The notes under the pieces were generated by a model, which saw only the letters and a list, made by a program, of their open reading frames with translations, had not been told where the DNA came from and did no database searches. From the NCBI RefSeq assembly GCF_009914755.1, contig NC_060927.1: 64,000 nt of DNA. One strand, 5' to 3'. Source of the stretch: the human T2T-CHM13v2.0 reference genome, Homo sapiens. Shown one piece after another: positions 21,231 through 57,216 of this stretch. A program made the translations under genes and the position numbers. Position 1 is the first letter of the stretch. Each line of letters opens with the position of its first letter.

Positions 21231-21855
21231 TAATTTAAATATAAGGAGAGGAGACCAGTAACACAAAAGGCAAAGTGGGCAGTTATAATCTTTTTTTTTT
21301 GTTTTTTTCGAGACAGGGTCTCGCTCTGTCGCCCAGGCTGGAGTGCAGTGGCGAAGTCTCAGCTCACTGTAACCTCCTCCTCCTGGGCTCAAGTGATCCT
21401 CCCACATCAGCGCCTTAAGTAGCTGAGACCACCACACCCAGCTATTTTTTGTATTTTTTGAAGAAATGAAGTTTCACTATTTTGCCCAGGCTGGTCTTGA
21501 ACTCCTGAGTTCAAGCGATCCTCCTGACTCAGCCTCCCAAGGTGCTGGGATACAGGAATGAGCCACCACACCTGGCCAGTCATAGTCCTTAAGCAGGCTC
21601 TTTATTGGTCACATTCCAGATAAAAACAATGACAATCAAATCAAGCCTAACCTGATGTCAGCCAAAAATCCTAAAATGACCAAAAAGTTTATTTGAAATA
21701 TGTACTTATACCCACATGAAGATCTTTATCATTTTTTTACTAAATATATGTTTAATTACTTTATTATTTAAAGTTTTTTTAAAAACACCATAATTTATGA
21801 TGAGCTTGTCCTACACATGCATTGCCATTTCTGCATATTGTGCTTCGTGAGGCAG

Positions 21856-21983
21856 ATCTTCCAGGAGGCCAGCTGATAAGCTAAGATCTGAAGATAACTT
21901 AGAAAAAAAAAAGCAAGAAGCAGAACGCTGCATAAAACGAGTTATAATTTTTGGAAGAAAGAAACCCACAATGCATTTTAAAT
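21856..21983 (+). pseudogene. Candidate pseudo-exon E9
   Basis: GGCAG acceptor; AAT/GTAAAT donor; 128 nt, phase 2 to 1; fully open SSRRPADKLRSEDNLEKKKQEAERCIKRVIIFGRKKPTMHFK. Confidence 0.5.
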
Positions 21984-22049
21984 GTAAATACACATCATCA
22001 TAAAATTTTATTATTCCAGCCTGGGTGACATAACAAAACCATATCTCTA

Positions 22050-22211
<162 letters not shown>

Positions 22212-22213
22212 TC

Positions 22214-22378
22214 AAAAAAAGAAAGAGAGAGAGAGAAGTAAGTAAGGAAGAAGGAAGGAAAGGGAAGTGAAGGGGAGGGGAGGGGAAGGGAGGGGAGGGG
22301 GAGGGAAGGGAAGGAGAGAGGGAAAGAAGGAAAGAAAGGAGAAAGAAAAAGAAAGAAGGAAAGGAAGAAAGAAAGAAA
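22214..22378 (+). repeat. GA-rich low-complexity tract with a run of G3-G5 tracts (22272-22310)
   Basis: GGGGAGGGGAGGGGAAGGGAGGGGAGGGGGAGGGAAGGG. Confidence 0.9.
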
Positions 22379-23787
22379 TTTTAGAATATTGAGGTCAAAG
22401 AGAGGAAGTCATAGTTAAGGATCAGTAATTAGAACACCTTTAGACCTCTCCACAGCAATATAGAAGCAAGAACACAATGAAAGAATGCCTTCATTATTCT
22501 GAAGACAAATTATTTTTATTTCAGAATTCAATATCCAACCAAATTATTAATCAGTGTGAGGATAGAATACAGATATTTTCAGACATGCAATTTCTCAAAA
22601 AAAAATTACTTCTCAGAAAGCTCTTTTCCAAAAAGCTATAGATATGCTTGATTAAAATACAGTTATGAACCAAGAAAGAGGAAGACATGTAGTACCAAAA
22701 GTCAGGGGATCAAAACCAGGAGCAAGGGAAGATAAAGATAAAGAGAAATCCTGGATAAGAGGAGAGGGCAAGGCCGGGCACAGTGGTTCACGCCTGTAAT
22801 CCCAGCTCTTTGGGAGGCCAAGGCAGGAGGATCACTTGAGGCCAGGAGTTCAAGACCAGCCTAGGCAATGTGGCAAAACCCCATCTGCACAAAAAAACAA
22901 AAACAAAAAATGTTAGCTGGGCATGGTGGCGCTTGCCTGTAGTCCCAGCGACTTGGGAGCCTGAGGCAGGGGTACTACTTGAGCCCGGGTGATCGAGGCT
23001 GCAGGGAACCATGATCTTACCACTCTACTCCCAGCTGGGCAACAGAGCAAGACCCTATCTCAAAAAAAAAAAAAAAAAGAAAGAAAGAAAAGATAGGAAA
23101 AGAAAAAGAAAGGAGAGGACAAACACTCCTGTGTGGGGCACGTTGGAAGACTCTGGGAGATACTTCTGCAAAGATCATATTGACAGACTCCCTCAGTTGA
23201 GTGAGCATATTTAGAGGCTCAGGCAAACTGACAGAAGGCTTGAGGTTGACATTTATGGTGTGCTATTATGTAGGCAGATACTCTTCTAAGACACTTTGCA
23301 TAGGAAACTTATGCAATAGATGTATTTATTGTACCTATTTTACAGAAAAGGAAAGAAAAGCACAGCAGATTAACTAGATAGCCCAAGATCACACAGCTAG
23401 TAAGAAGCATCACAGGGCTCAAAGCCAGGCAATCTGACTGCAGAAACTTTTTATTTTTATTTTCATATTTTTCTCTCCATTTCCACAGGTATCAACAGAG
23501 ACTTTCCTGAAACCATCATTTTATACTGACTCCCCACGGGCATAGAAATGTTGCCAATTAAGAAAAAGAAGAAAAATTTAACTTCAGGAAAAGCAGAAAA
23601 TTGTGTAAGAAAGGAAAAATAGCTACAATTGTCTACATGGTGGTGTTGTAAATGGCATTTTCATAGTCATAGTAACATAAACATTAAATAATAACCTAAT
23701 ATGCAGTGATGTTTAAAATATTGAGGCTGGGTGTGGTGGCTCATGCCTGTAATTCCAGCACTTTGCGAGGCCAAGGTGGGCTGATCA

Positions 23788-23961
<174 letters not shown>

Positions 23962-24380
23962 TCACCGCTATGAGTTGAGATTTCACCGCTGCACTCCAGC
24001 CTGAGCAACAGAGTGAGACTCTGTCTCAAAAGAAAAAAAAAAAGAAAAAGAAAAAAAAAAGAAAAGGAAAGGAAACAAAAAAGAAAAGAAGAGAGGAGAA
24101 AAGAAAAAAGAAAAGAAGAGAAAAGAAAAGAAAACGCAAGCACATAACAACAGCAGGGGGAGCTGTCAGACTGCCACGCGGAACTGACAAACTCCCCAGC
24201 ACGGTGCGGAGTTCTGGAGCAAAGATTAAAGGAATTTCACACTGGAAGGGACTGGGCAGGCCATTGTTCCACCACCTAGCTCAGACTTTTGGAAAAGAGA
24301 AGGACCTTTGTTTGAATATCTCGCTGGAGGCTATCAACTCACCACTTCTGGGAGCTGGGCAGCCAGTCCTTTCTTCCTTC

Positions 24381-24886
24381 CTTTTAAAAAATTGATATAT
24401 AATAATTGTACATATTTATGTGGTACATGTGATATTTTGATGTATGTATGAACTACGGAATGATCAAATTAAGATGGTAATTAAGATATCCACCACCTTA
24501 AACGTGTATCACTCCTTTGTGTCGGAAACATTCCAAATCTTCCAGCTATTTCACAATATACAATAAATTATTGTTAACTATTGTCACCCTTCCATGCTAT
24601 CAAACCTATAACTTATTCCTTCTAACTGTATTTTTATACGCATTGACCTACCTCTCCTCATCCCCCACACCTGACATTTCTCAAAAGAAGACATACAAAT
24701 GGCCAACAGGTAGATTAAAAATACTCAACATCACTAATCAGGAAAATGCAAATCAAAACCACAATTAGATATCATCTCACCCCAGTTGAAATGGCTATCA
24801 TCAAACAGACAAAAAAATAACATATGCTGGGGAGGATGTGGAGGAAGGGGATGCTGGTACACTGTTGGTGGAAATAAAAACTAGTG
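24381..24886 (-). mobile_element. L1MA-type insertion: 3' end on minus (24381-24670) joined to an ORF2-end fragment on plus (24672-24886)
   Basis: ATAATTGTACATATTTAT...AAATTATTGTTAACTATTGTCACC (antisense 3' end); GACATTTCTCAAAAGAAGACATACAAATGGCCAACAG (sense ORF2). Confidence 0.8.
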
Positions 24887-25818
24887 AATCTTTTCTTGAA
24901 GGGAGACTTGAAGTGTGTCTCTTAGTATTAGCCAAGATATTTTTTTCTGTTAAATTTACAGCCACAGTGCACATGTATTCATGTACTGTTTGCTGTTTAT
25001 TTTCCATTTACCTACTTCAACATTTATGGTCATATTATTTTAAAATTAATAAAATAATTATTACATTAAAATTATTTTAGTATTAAATTCAATACAACGT
25101 GTGTGCTCATTTCAAATATAAAGGGATACGATGAAAACCAAGTTCCTAGGCCAGACTTCAGTTGCCCAAGATTTCCTTTCCAAAGGAACCACAATGATCA
25201 TTTCTTGCATATCCTTGCAGAGATAGCTATTAATTAATAAGCATGAAGTGTTTAGAACATCCCCTAACTCAAGGCAAAGGCCATACAAGTGTCTGCTGTT
25301 AGTAACAATAATAGTATTGGAGGCGGAGGTGTTAGCAGCAGCAAGGTAATGGTAACAGTTGTAGCAATAGCACTCGTAGTTAGTTGTCTATATCTACTTT
25401 AATCTTTTTAAATGGCTGCATGGTATTATAACAGTGTAATATAATTCTTAAAACACTCCCCTACAGAAGGGACAAATGAATTACAAAAAGCTACTATAGT
25501 TACCATAGTCTCCTAAACTAATATAAAAGACAAATACATAAATTAGATGTGTCAAAAACAAATTATCAAGAAAAGTCTGCATGCCCTGAATTAGAGCACT
25601 AAAGGGAGAAGTGGGAAGACTTGGGCTAATTTGATGTCGAGTGTGGAGGAGCGGTAGGAGTCATATAATTATTCAGCTTCATCTAGTTAAATGTAAGTAC
25701 TGGAAACTTACACCTAACACAGTGTAAGATGGCATTTCAACTGGCATATGCAAATGTGTTTATTGGCAGAGATTTCACAGACAGGGCCATTAACAAAACA
25801 GATTTCTAATTAAATCAG

Positions 25819-25901
25819 TTTCACGGGTAACTACTGAAAGTCTCTCCTCAAAAGATGGGGCCGTGCCCATAGCCTCAATGTTACCTTTGTATAGTACACA
25901 C
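25819..25901 (+). pseudogene. Candidate pseudo-exon E10
   Basis: AATCAG acceptor; CAC/GTAAGT donor; 83 nt, phase 1 to 0; open (F)SRVTTESLSSKDGAVPIASMLPLYSTH. Confidence 0.55.
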
Positions 25902-25960
25902 GTAAGTTGCAGAGGTATCTTAATTTCAGCAACTTCTCTCACACACAGATATTCTCACTT

Positions 25961-26170
25961 TATAGTAGCATAGCGTTTAAGAGAAATAACTCCGGGTCCA
26001 CGTTGCCTGGGTGTTTGAATTGTGGGTCTGCCATTTATAGCTGGGTGACCTGGGGTAAATTACTTAACTTTTCTGAGCTTCCTCTTCCTTTTCAGTAAAA
26101 TAGAAGTTATAATAATACCTGTCTCATAGAGTGGTTGTGACTATCAAATGAGTTAATGTATATGAAGGAC
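25961..26170 (+). mobile_element. MIR
   Basis: GTGACCTGGGGTAAATTACTTAAC...GTAAAATAG...GTTGTGA..ATCAAATGAGTTAAT. Confidence 0.85.
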
Positions 26171-26300
26171 TATGAGTGTTTGTTGCTATTAGCAACGGTG
26201 TATCTTTTTTATTATATGTATCTCATTTTCAAACTTAATCCAGTTCTTGTCATGGAACATTTTAATGTTCAGTTGTGATTTAAATAATTTCACTTGAAAG

Positions 26301-26614
26301 GAAACCTTATCCAGATATTAAGTCTCTAGTGATTTATGAAGCCACAAGACTGAACCTAAAACCCAAAGTCATTCCATCAACAAGAAAGTTTTAGCCTTGG
26401 CATATTTGACAACAGAGCTGAAGAATATGGCCCTAGGAAAGGCTTTTGTAGTAGACCAGATATGAGAAACACTCGAAAGCAGTACACAGCATTTCCCAGA
26501 GGAAATCAGACCACTAGTACTTTAGAAATGATTAATAATGTTAATGAGTATTTAGCATCCTTGGAAGCATAGCTTAATTGACTACACAGTCCTAGGGGAC
26601 TAAGAGAATGAAGT
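26301..26614 (+). pseudogene. Candidate pseudo-exon E11
   Basis: TTTCACTTGAAAG acceptor; AGT/GTAAGA donor; 314 nt, phase 0 to 2; ETLSRY*VSSDL*SHKTEPK...KVLALAYLTTELKNMALGKAFVVDQI*ETLESSTQHFPEEIRPLVL*..., with several stops. Confidence 0.5.
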
Positions 26615-26896
26615 GTAAGAATGGAATCTTGGCTTTACTTGAGCCAATTTTTCAAGCCAAAAAAATTAAACAAGGATAGGAATACATGTGTCTGAATAGT
26701 TCTACTTAAAAAGTCAAGAGACATCAGGTCGTAGGATTAGGAAGGGAAAAAAACACGATTAATTTACATTGGGGTTGTACCATTGCTTTAAGCAACCTGT
26801 CCTTGCTTGTAGATGGAAATTTGGAATATAAAAAGTATGCTATCCCTAAATTTCAGGTAGCTTACATAACCTGAAAGCCACTTGCTCTACTTTCAG

Positions 26897-27525
<629 letters not shown>

Positions 27526-28286
27526 TGTAAAGTTAAATTGCAACAAAAGGCATATACGATAATTCAGAAAACAAGAAGTGTAGCTCTCAACTCTTCTGTG
27601 GGAGGGCTTTGCCATTTGATCCTTTTATGGGATATGGGGCAGGGAAAGGTGAGTGAGAGGACAGGGCAAGGTGGGAAGAACAGCTGTAAGTAAAGCCTAG
27701 ATGTGAATGAGAACAAGTTCACCAGTGTCAGCGGGAGCAGAGATTTTGCATTGGGAAATCTGAAAAAAAGAATAGCATCACATTAAGAACAGACATGAAC
27801 TTCCTATTAAGACATTGTCAGAAAGAGGTAAAGAGGTTTCAAGTAGGAGAGTTAAATGAGGTAAATGCTAAAGATTATTTATTTGACAGTCAGGACATTT
27901 TGGAGGAAATTACTACTGGAGAGATGAGACAAAGTACTGTCTCAGTTCCTGCCATCAGCGCTTCCTAACTTTTCAAGGTTCCTGCCTTACATTGGTGTAG
28001 TTTGTCTTTCCTTTTCTACACGTTTTACTGAGAACTACTGAGAATCACAATAATAGCTGCCATTTATTAAGGATCTGTTTTCTGCAAGTTTTATAGACAT
28101 TCTCTCACAAAACAACGGCCCAATCTGATAAGAAACACCCCTGTTGAGGAAACAGGCTGAGGGAGCGTGAGGAGCGCCCCTGCTTTCTCAAAGCTGGTAA
28201 GTGATAAAGCCAGGACTTGACGATGGCTCTGTTTAACTGCAACATCAGTATTCTCTTCACTATACCTTTAAAATAAGGGAGGCTGA

Positions 28287-29768
<1,482 letters not shown>

Positions 29769-30217
29769 CACTTAGTATTACAGATTAATAATATCACAAC
29801 TCTGATACCATACTTATCTGTGGGTCAATAAAATTTTTTTTAATTACCTGTTAGTTCATTTGTAACACTTCAAAAAACAGACCACATGGCACTTTGCCGT
29901 CTTTCTCCTGATTTCCAGGAGATCCTGAGTTGAAACTACACTGGGAAGGGATCTAAGTCATATTTGAAAGGGGATGCATAAACATATTTGCATGCATATG
30001 CATAAAACATCTCTAGAAGGCCATGTGGGAGACTCTTAACATTGATTCTCTTGGAGGAAGAGACCAGGTGGATAAGATACAGGTGGGAGGTTTTTCACCC
30101 TTTGGTAACTTAAGTTTTGATCTGTGTGAATGAATCATTTACTCAAAAAATAAAAATAAAGATAAATCATATTTGTTGTACCTATTCTCAGTTCCACATT
30201 AGTCTTCTGGTAAACAG

Positions 30218-30953
<736 letters not shown>

Positions 30954-30985
30954 AACAGCCTTTGACTTTGGATAATAGTAGCATG

Positions 30986-31911
<926 letters not shown>

Positions 31912-33516
31912 AGTCTGCAATGTGCATAAAGATTCATTTAGAAAATACAGCTAAGTAAATCTTATAAATATTTTAAAAGTTTCTCTTTCACTTAATATGT
32001 GCCAGATAGCTTTCATATCTGTAGAATTATCTCAGTTTTTTAAATGGTCTCATTATATTCCGTGGTAACGTGATTTAACATTCACTACTTGATGTATTTT
32101 GGTTTTATAATTTAAGAGGAATAATACTGCGTTAAATTTCCCTTAAACCACAAGCATCTTCTATTAAGTTCCTTTCCAGGATAATAAGGAGCACTAACAA
32201 TGATTAGCTCATTGCCAGCTCCCCAGTAGGCTCAGCTATGTCTGAATTTCTGGATCACATTTACAAGCAACATATTCTCCATACTTCATCAAACCCCTAG
32301 CTCTTAAGTTGACTTATTCAAGTTTGTTTCCTCTTAGAGCCTTCCATTGTACCAGGCCCTTTTTCACTCCAAAATTGCTCCCATCATTTCCAAAATAGAC
32401 ATACATTCAAGATTCAACTTCAGTATTGAGGATTCAATCAAATAGCCAAATTTTGGGCACTGAGCCTTATGATAGCTATAGAACCTAAAAAAGCTATTTC
32501 CACATGAAACATCCACCCACACCAACATCATCAATTTATTTCCTTGTTTGTTAAACAAGAAAGAACAAGAACAAATGATTCATCTACATGTCATTATTTC
32601 TTCAACTGAGGATGTAAGTTTATCAGTTCTGAACAGAATTTATAGGTTAAAGGAAAGAGAAATTTTCCTTAATTCCAGTCTTGCCTTATGTTAAGGAGAC
32701 ATATATCCTGTTTATTTGTATGACAGTTAAGCATTATGTCTTATATCTTACATAAAATTAAATAAAGTGTAGCTGCCCAACTTAAAGGGGCCTGTTTCGT
32801 GGCCACTGAGAAGTAGCTTAAACTTTGTTTGATCAGATGGTGCCAGAGAATGTGTAAATATAAATTTTTAGAATTTTTTTTCTCTTCTAACATGTTTCTC
32901 TACTTCTAGAAATTCAGCTTCATAGTCATGAGGCTATGTGTCACTTTGCAGGAGATAGCTCCTAAATTCATCTCTCTTCTAAGAAAAAAGGAAATGAAGC
33001 AGCATAGAAGAAAACTTCTGTTTGCCCCCTCATGTAACACTATGTGCAAGAAAATTTTAATTTGAGGGACTGCTGATTTATTTTTACTTCAGAGCCAAAA
33101 AGCATAGGAGTTACATCTTTTTAAAATGACATGTGGAGAAAATCAAGTATTCTGAATCATTTTCTTTTAAAGTCTCTTCTGGAGACTTTAAACCAACTCT
33201 CAAAGTAGCAACATTTTCTGGTGGATCCTGAAGTTCAGAATCCTATACAGATCATTTACTTTTCTCCTTTGGTCTCTGCACAATGGAAGATTGTGAAGAG
33301 GAGTATGTGAGGACAAAGACATAGCCGTCACTGGGGACCCAATTGTGGTCAAACAGACCTAGAGTTTATTTAGTGGAAGGTTTACCTATCAGGGAATGCT
33401 CTTGGCTGTTTATACCAATTCTGTTTTTTGCTTATCTGCTTGATTGGAGGTTTTTCATCAACCTCAGGGGCCTATGAGACAATTTTGCTAAAAATTTTGC
33501 TAAGGAAGAGTAGAGT

Positions 33517-34208
<692 letters not shown>

Positions 34209-34400
34209 CAAACACATCTCTCTCATTTTTATGCTTTGCGTGCACCGTTCCCTATAACAAAATACCCTCAATTTCTCATCCAAAACACTACTTGGTTCCA
34301 GGATGTCCCATCTGCGGTATTTCCGTTCTTACTTTGGTACCCGAAAAACACCCTGTTACCTTCAGCGGATTCTCATATCACCTATGGCTGTCATATTATA

Positions 34401-34951
<551 letters not shown>

Positions 34952-35002
34952 TATAAATCCTCCCAGACTTTGAGTTGTCTGAAGACAAGGATTTTATCTT
35001 GG

Positions 35003-35612
35003 TGTGAAAGACAAAATAATAGCCTCCCAAAGATGTCTCATGTCTTAATCTCTGGACCTGTGCATATGTTGCCTTGCATGGCAAAATAAACCTTGCCAAT
35101 GTGACTAACAGCAGTTGGAGTGAGGCAAGGAAGGGGTCATAAGCCAAGGAATTAAGGCAGTTTCTAGAAGCTTGAAAAGGCACGAGAACACGTGCTCCCT
35201 TAGAGCCTCAAGAAGCCTGTTGATGCCTTAAATTTAGAACTTTTGTCCTCCGCCTGTAATCCCAGCACTTTGGAAGGCTGAGGCAGGTGGATCACGAGGT
35301 CATGAGTTCAAGACCAGCCTGGCCAACATGGTGAAACCCCGTCTCTACTAAAAATAAAAATAAAAATAAATTAACCAGACATGGTGGTGAGCGCCTGTAA
35401 TCGCAGCTACTCGGGAGGCTGAGGCCGAGAACTGCTTGAACCTGGGTGGCAGAGGTTGCAGTGAGCCCAGATCATGCCACTGCACTCCAACCTGGGTGAC
35501 AGGGCAAGACTCTGTCTAAAAAAAAAAAAAACTAACTTTTGTCCTCTAGAACTGTAAAATAAATCTGTTTTAAGTTGCTACGTTTGTGGCATCAGTAGTA
35601 AAAGAAATTAAT
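35003..35612 (+). mobile_element. MaLR LTR (MLT1C/D-like) containing a 5'-truncated Alu (35251-35530)
   Basis: CCTCCCAAAGATGTC...AGCCAAGGAAT...TCTAGAAGCT; Alu TSD AACTTTTGTCCTC. Confidence 0.75.
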
Positions 35613-35764
35613 ATGCTTAATAATCTTTTTCTTCTAGAACCAACTAGAGTACTAAGTTTAGAATAAGTAAACAATCTTGGTCTGGGAGAATTTTTCTCTG
35701 AAGCTAAATGTGGCTAAACTTTTGACCCACGTCAGTTATTTACTTTAAGCCTAAACTTAGAGAA

Positions 35765-41458
<5,694 letters not shown>

Positions 41459-42076
41459 GCCTCTGGCTTCAAGAAATTTGCTTTCTAGGAACTATTGAAC
41501 AATTAAAGACAAATTATGATTTTTTGGAATCAGGACAACTTGATTTAAATTCTGGATTCTGAAAGTATTAGTTCTCTTTGCTTAGGCAAATTGTTAGTCT
41601 CACCGAATCTGTTTTCTGAATGGCTCCTTTTTCGAGTTCAGATGTGACTTTATTTTAAAAAGCCTTTCCCTTACCACACAATGATAGAAGCACCCATCTA
41701 GTACTGCTTCTTGTTGGCTCCTTGTCTCTTTGTAAATGTTGGATCTCCATAGTTACATCTTACAGTATCAGTCTTCCTTACCATCCTTTACATTATATAA
41801 GGGTGGGGGCCATGTCTATTTTTTTTTCACCAACTTCTAACCCAGCCCCTGGCACATAGAAATCATTAACAGATGAAGACCATTTTTCTTCTCACCCTGG
41901 TCTCTAGGGTTATGTCTAGACAGACCCATTTACTCTTGTCCCTTCCTTGCTCGAGTCAGGCACCTCTCCCTTATCTGTCCTGTCTGCAGTGCTTCCCATT
42001 TGTCTGTGTCCCCAACCACAGTCAGTTTGTAACATCAGAGATTTCCTGATGGATCTTTAACACACACTGAATGAAT

Positions 42077-42292
42077 ACAAGGCCAATTGCAGTGACTTTA
42101 TTTTAATGGGTTTTCAGACATACAGAAAGGGATTCTTTAGATGGGGCTGTGTCACTAGTCAACCATCTTCACTGTGGAGTCCTAGTCACTATGATTTTGT
42201 TTTGTAGATCATGAGGATTCATTCAAATTGTCTCCTCTTCCACTCCTTCGTAATAGGTTACATGATCTGAAAGTACATCCCTCCTTTAGTAC
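42077..42292 (-). other. DPPA2: DPPA2 exon 9, entirely 3' UTR
   Basis: Acceptor GCTTCTAG ending 42293; unique sequence beginning GTACTAAAGGAGGGATG that I recall from the DPPA2 mRNA 3' UTR; ends shortly after AATAAA; cleavage site approximate. Confidence 0.85.
42097..42107 (-). terminator. DPPA2 polyadenylation signal (overlapping ATTAAA and AATAAA)
   Basis: Minus strand reads CCCATTAAAATAAAGTC; a GT-rich tract (TTCAGTGTGTGTT) follows about 30 nt downstream. Confidence 0.85.
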
Positions 42293-43029
42293 CTAGAAGC
42301 AAATTTGAAATGGTATATTTAAGAGCCGCTTTGAGCTATACGCAGAGTTTGGGGTCAAGAGAGTTAGGGTGTTTTGTGCACTGCAAGAGGAAAAGAAATG
42401 GAACAAACGTAACTTTTAATAGAGAAAGAATGGCAGATGGAAATACTAGACAATAGTGTATAGTCAGAATTGGTTTCCTTTGGGTTACTGAATTGGACCC
42501 CTTCTTAGTTATTTCAAAGACTAATGATACCATGTTTTCCAATCCTGTGTTGGTCTTCAGGCCAGTCTTTAGGCAAGACATGTTTATACTAGAAGACCAT
42601 TGATTAATGATACTTTCAGAAGGCAGATGCTATAGCATTTTGAGAGCCTGACTAAGCACTCAACTGGGATGGCTTCCATGTGATGTACAATGTGGAAATT
42701 TTTCTGTTCTATTCTCCGTGTAAGTTTGGGCTCATTCTAAAACAGTCTGCCTACTGGACAACTGTGCCATTAGCCATCAATAGGCTGAGTTCAGGAGAGC
42801 CTTGTTTTAATTCCACAGAATATACTGCAAGTCACAAGCACACATATTCTCAAGCTCGCAGAGTTCTAAATGTAAGCAGTTAAGTGTAAAGGGTGAGCTG
42901 AAGTGCTTACTTGGACCATAACATCTTCCTTAACTGCCCTTCTTCCCTTTCTGCACAGAGCTGAGAACTAAGAGGATAAATTACTAAATTAGCCTTCATT
43001 CAGAAGGTTCTGTAGAAAAACTGTTTATT

Positions 43030-43833
<804 letters not shown>

Positions 43834-43989
43834 CCTGGTTTTCTTTTATACAATACAAGTCTGATTTATAAATATATACTTATACGTATATATCTATATA
43901 CACAGATATAATATCTATATTTACATATAGATATATAGAGAGACAAATAGCATATATATATACAGAAAGAGACAAAAAGCATGATTTGT

Positions 43990-48340
<4,351 letters not shown>

Positions 48341-48419
48341 TTTTCAAAAAAGAGTCCATTAATTAAAACAAAACCAAATTGTATTCTGTGCAGCTAACTA
48401 TTTAGTAAGTCAGTACTCA

Positions 48420-48664
48420 AGGCATCAGGAGATACCAAAGATGGTCAGGACACAGCACAGCAATGATTGGGATGCAAGTTATCTACAGACGCGCCACCAT
48501 TTGTACTTCCTGGTAGACAGCAGACAAGAGACTTTGATACATTTATGTCCTGTTTTTTAGTGAATAGGGGGAAGGCAGAGAGTTTCTCTTGTATGTGACT
48601 CTTTTCAATTGCCTTCAAATCAAAATAATACTTATTTTGAGGTGGCATATTCTCATCTCTTACA
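48420..48664 (-). mobile_element. ERV1 LTR 5' portion (MER34/MER39-like)
   Basis: Minus strand TGTAAGAGATGAGAATATGCCACCTCAAAATAAGTATTATTTTGATTTGAAGGCAATTGAAAAG...CTCTCTGCCTTCCCCCT resembles the remembered start of MER34; left boundary approximate. Confidence 0.7.
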
Positions 48665-48685
48665 TTGTATTCAAACAGGTTGCTG

Positions 48686-48728
48686 CTACTTCTCTACTGT
48701 CATTAATCTTTTCATCATCTTCTTATTC
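48686..48728 (-). CDS. DPPA2: DPPA2 exon 8, coding part: (R)[13 protein letters not shown]; the exon continues as 3' UTR to 48664
   Basis: Acceptor CCTTACAG ending 48729; TAG at 48688-48686; donor GTAAGA at 48663. Confidence 0.95.
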
Positions 48729-48832
48729 CTGTAAGGCAAGTAGAAAAGAACTGTGAAATATTGCTACAGCAAGGTAAACCATCCCTTACCAATCCCTTTA
48801 AAATGACCAATAAAATAAAGCATGCACTTCTG

Positions 48833-52683
<3,851 letters not shown>

Positions 52684-52761
52684 CTACTGTTAAATTATTT
52701 AGAAATCCATCTATACACCTACTTTTCTGTGTGCCATGCTTAACAAGATACATAAGGGTTA

Positions 52762-53025
<264 letters not shown>

Positions 53026-53152
53026 TCACTCTTGAATTTGCTCTTGTATTCTGCTCACAAATCAATTGAATGAGATGCATGAAAACCTAGACCACATGAC
53101 ACTATGATCTAATTTCACAAGTTACATAACACAAAGAATAGTAATTGTTGCT

Positions 53153-55930
<2,778 letters not shown>

Positions 55931-56299
55931 TTAAAGTAAGTAACTTGCCAATGTCACATATCCAGGAAATGGTAAAGCAAGAATTTGAACCAACACATTC
56001 CTCTTATTCACTATGTCATAAATGCCTTAAGGAAGAGAGAAAGAAAAGGGGAAGACCTCAGACTGTGGTCCAAGATTATCAGGTTATGCTTAGTGATGGA
56101 AAAGGGCCACTACTCAGTCACCTGATTTAGAGACCCATCCAGACACAACATGACTATCCATCAATATGACAGATAGAAGAAAGATGTCCCATGTGAATCC
56201 AATTTCTAATCTTCAGATATTTTAGCAAATGCCTTCCCTTTGACCACGTTTCAGTCTTGGACTAATAAAAGTTAACCTTGTCCTCTGGAGTGGGACTCA

Positions 56300-56974
<675 letters not shown>

Positions 56975-57039
56975 TGAACATGTATGTCAATGTGGGAAGG
57001 GTTTCGGAATATTAGTTCCCATAAACTGTAAATTCTCCA

Positions 57040-57216
57040 CTGGGAGAAATTTTGGGTTGTTGAAACTGTGCAGGGGGAGGAAAGGTTGCAACTGACATCC
57101 AGCTGGTAGAGGCTGGGGATGCTGCAAAACATACTACAATGTACAGGGCAGCCCCCAAAACAAACAAAAAATTATTTGTTCCGAAATATCAATAATGCCA
57201 CAGTGAAGAAACCCTG
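57040..57216. mobile_element. MER20 hAT-Charlie MITE
   Basis: GGTAGAGGCTGGGGATGCTGCAAAACAT...ACAATGTACAGGGCAGCCCCC...GAAGAAACCCTG. Confidence 0.8.

Noticed and set aside
23470-23500. Strong acceptor-like TTTCTCTCCATTTCCACAG on the plus strand
   Set aside because: Lies against a MIR; I found no matching donor or frame fitting the E9-E10 chain.
26360-26572. About 70-codon stop-free frame (SFSLGIFDNRAEEYGPRK...) overlapping E11
   Set aside because: Not in phase with the neighbouring splice sites and lacks an early ATG; not called as a separate gene, though an internal frameshift in E11 is possible.
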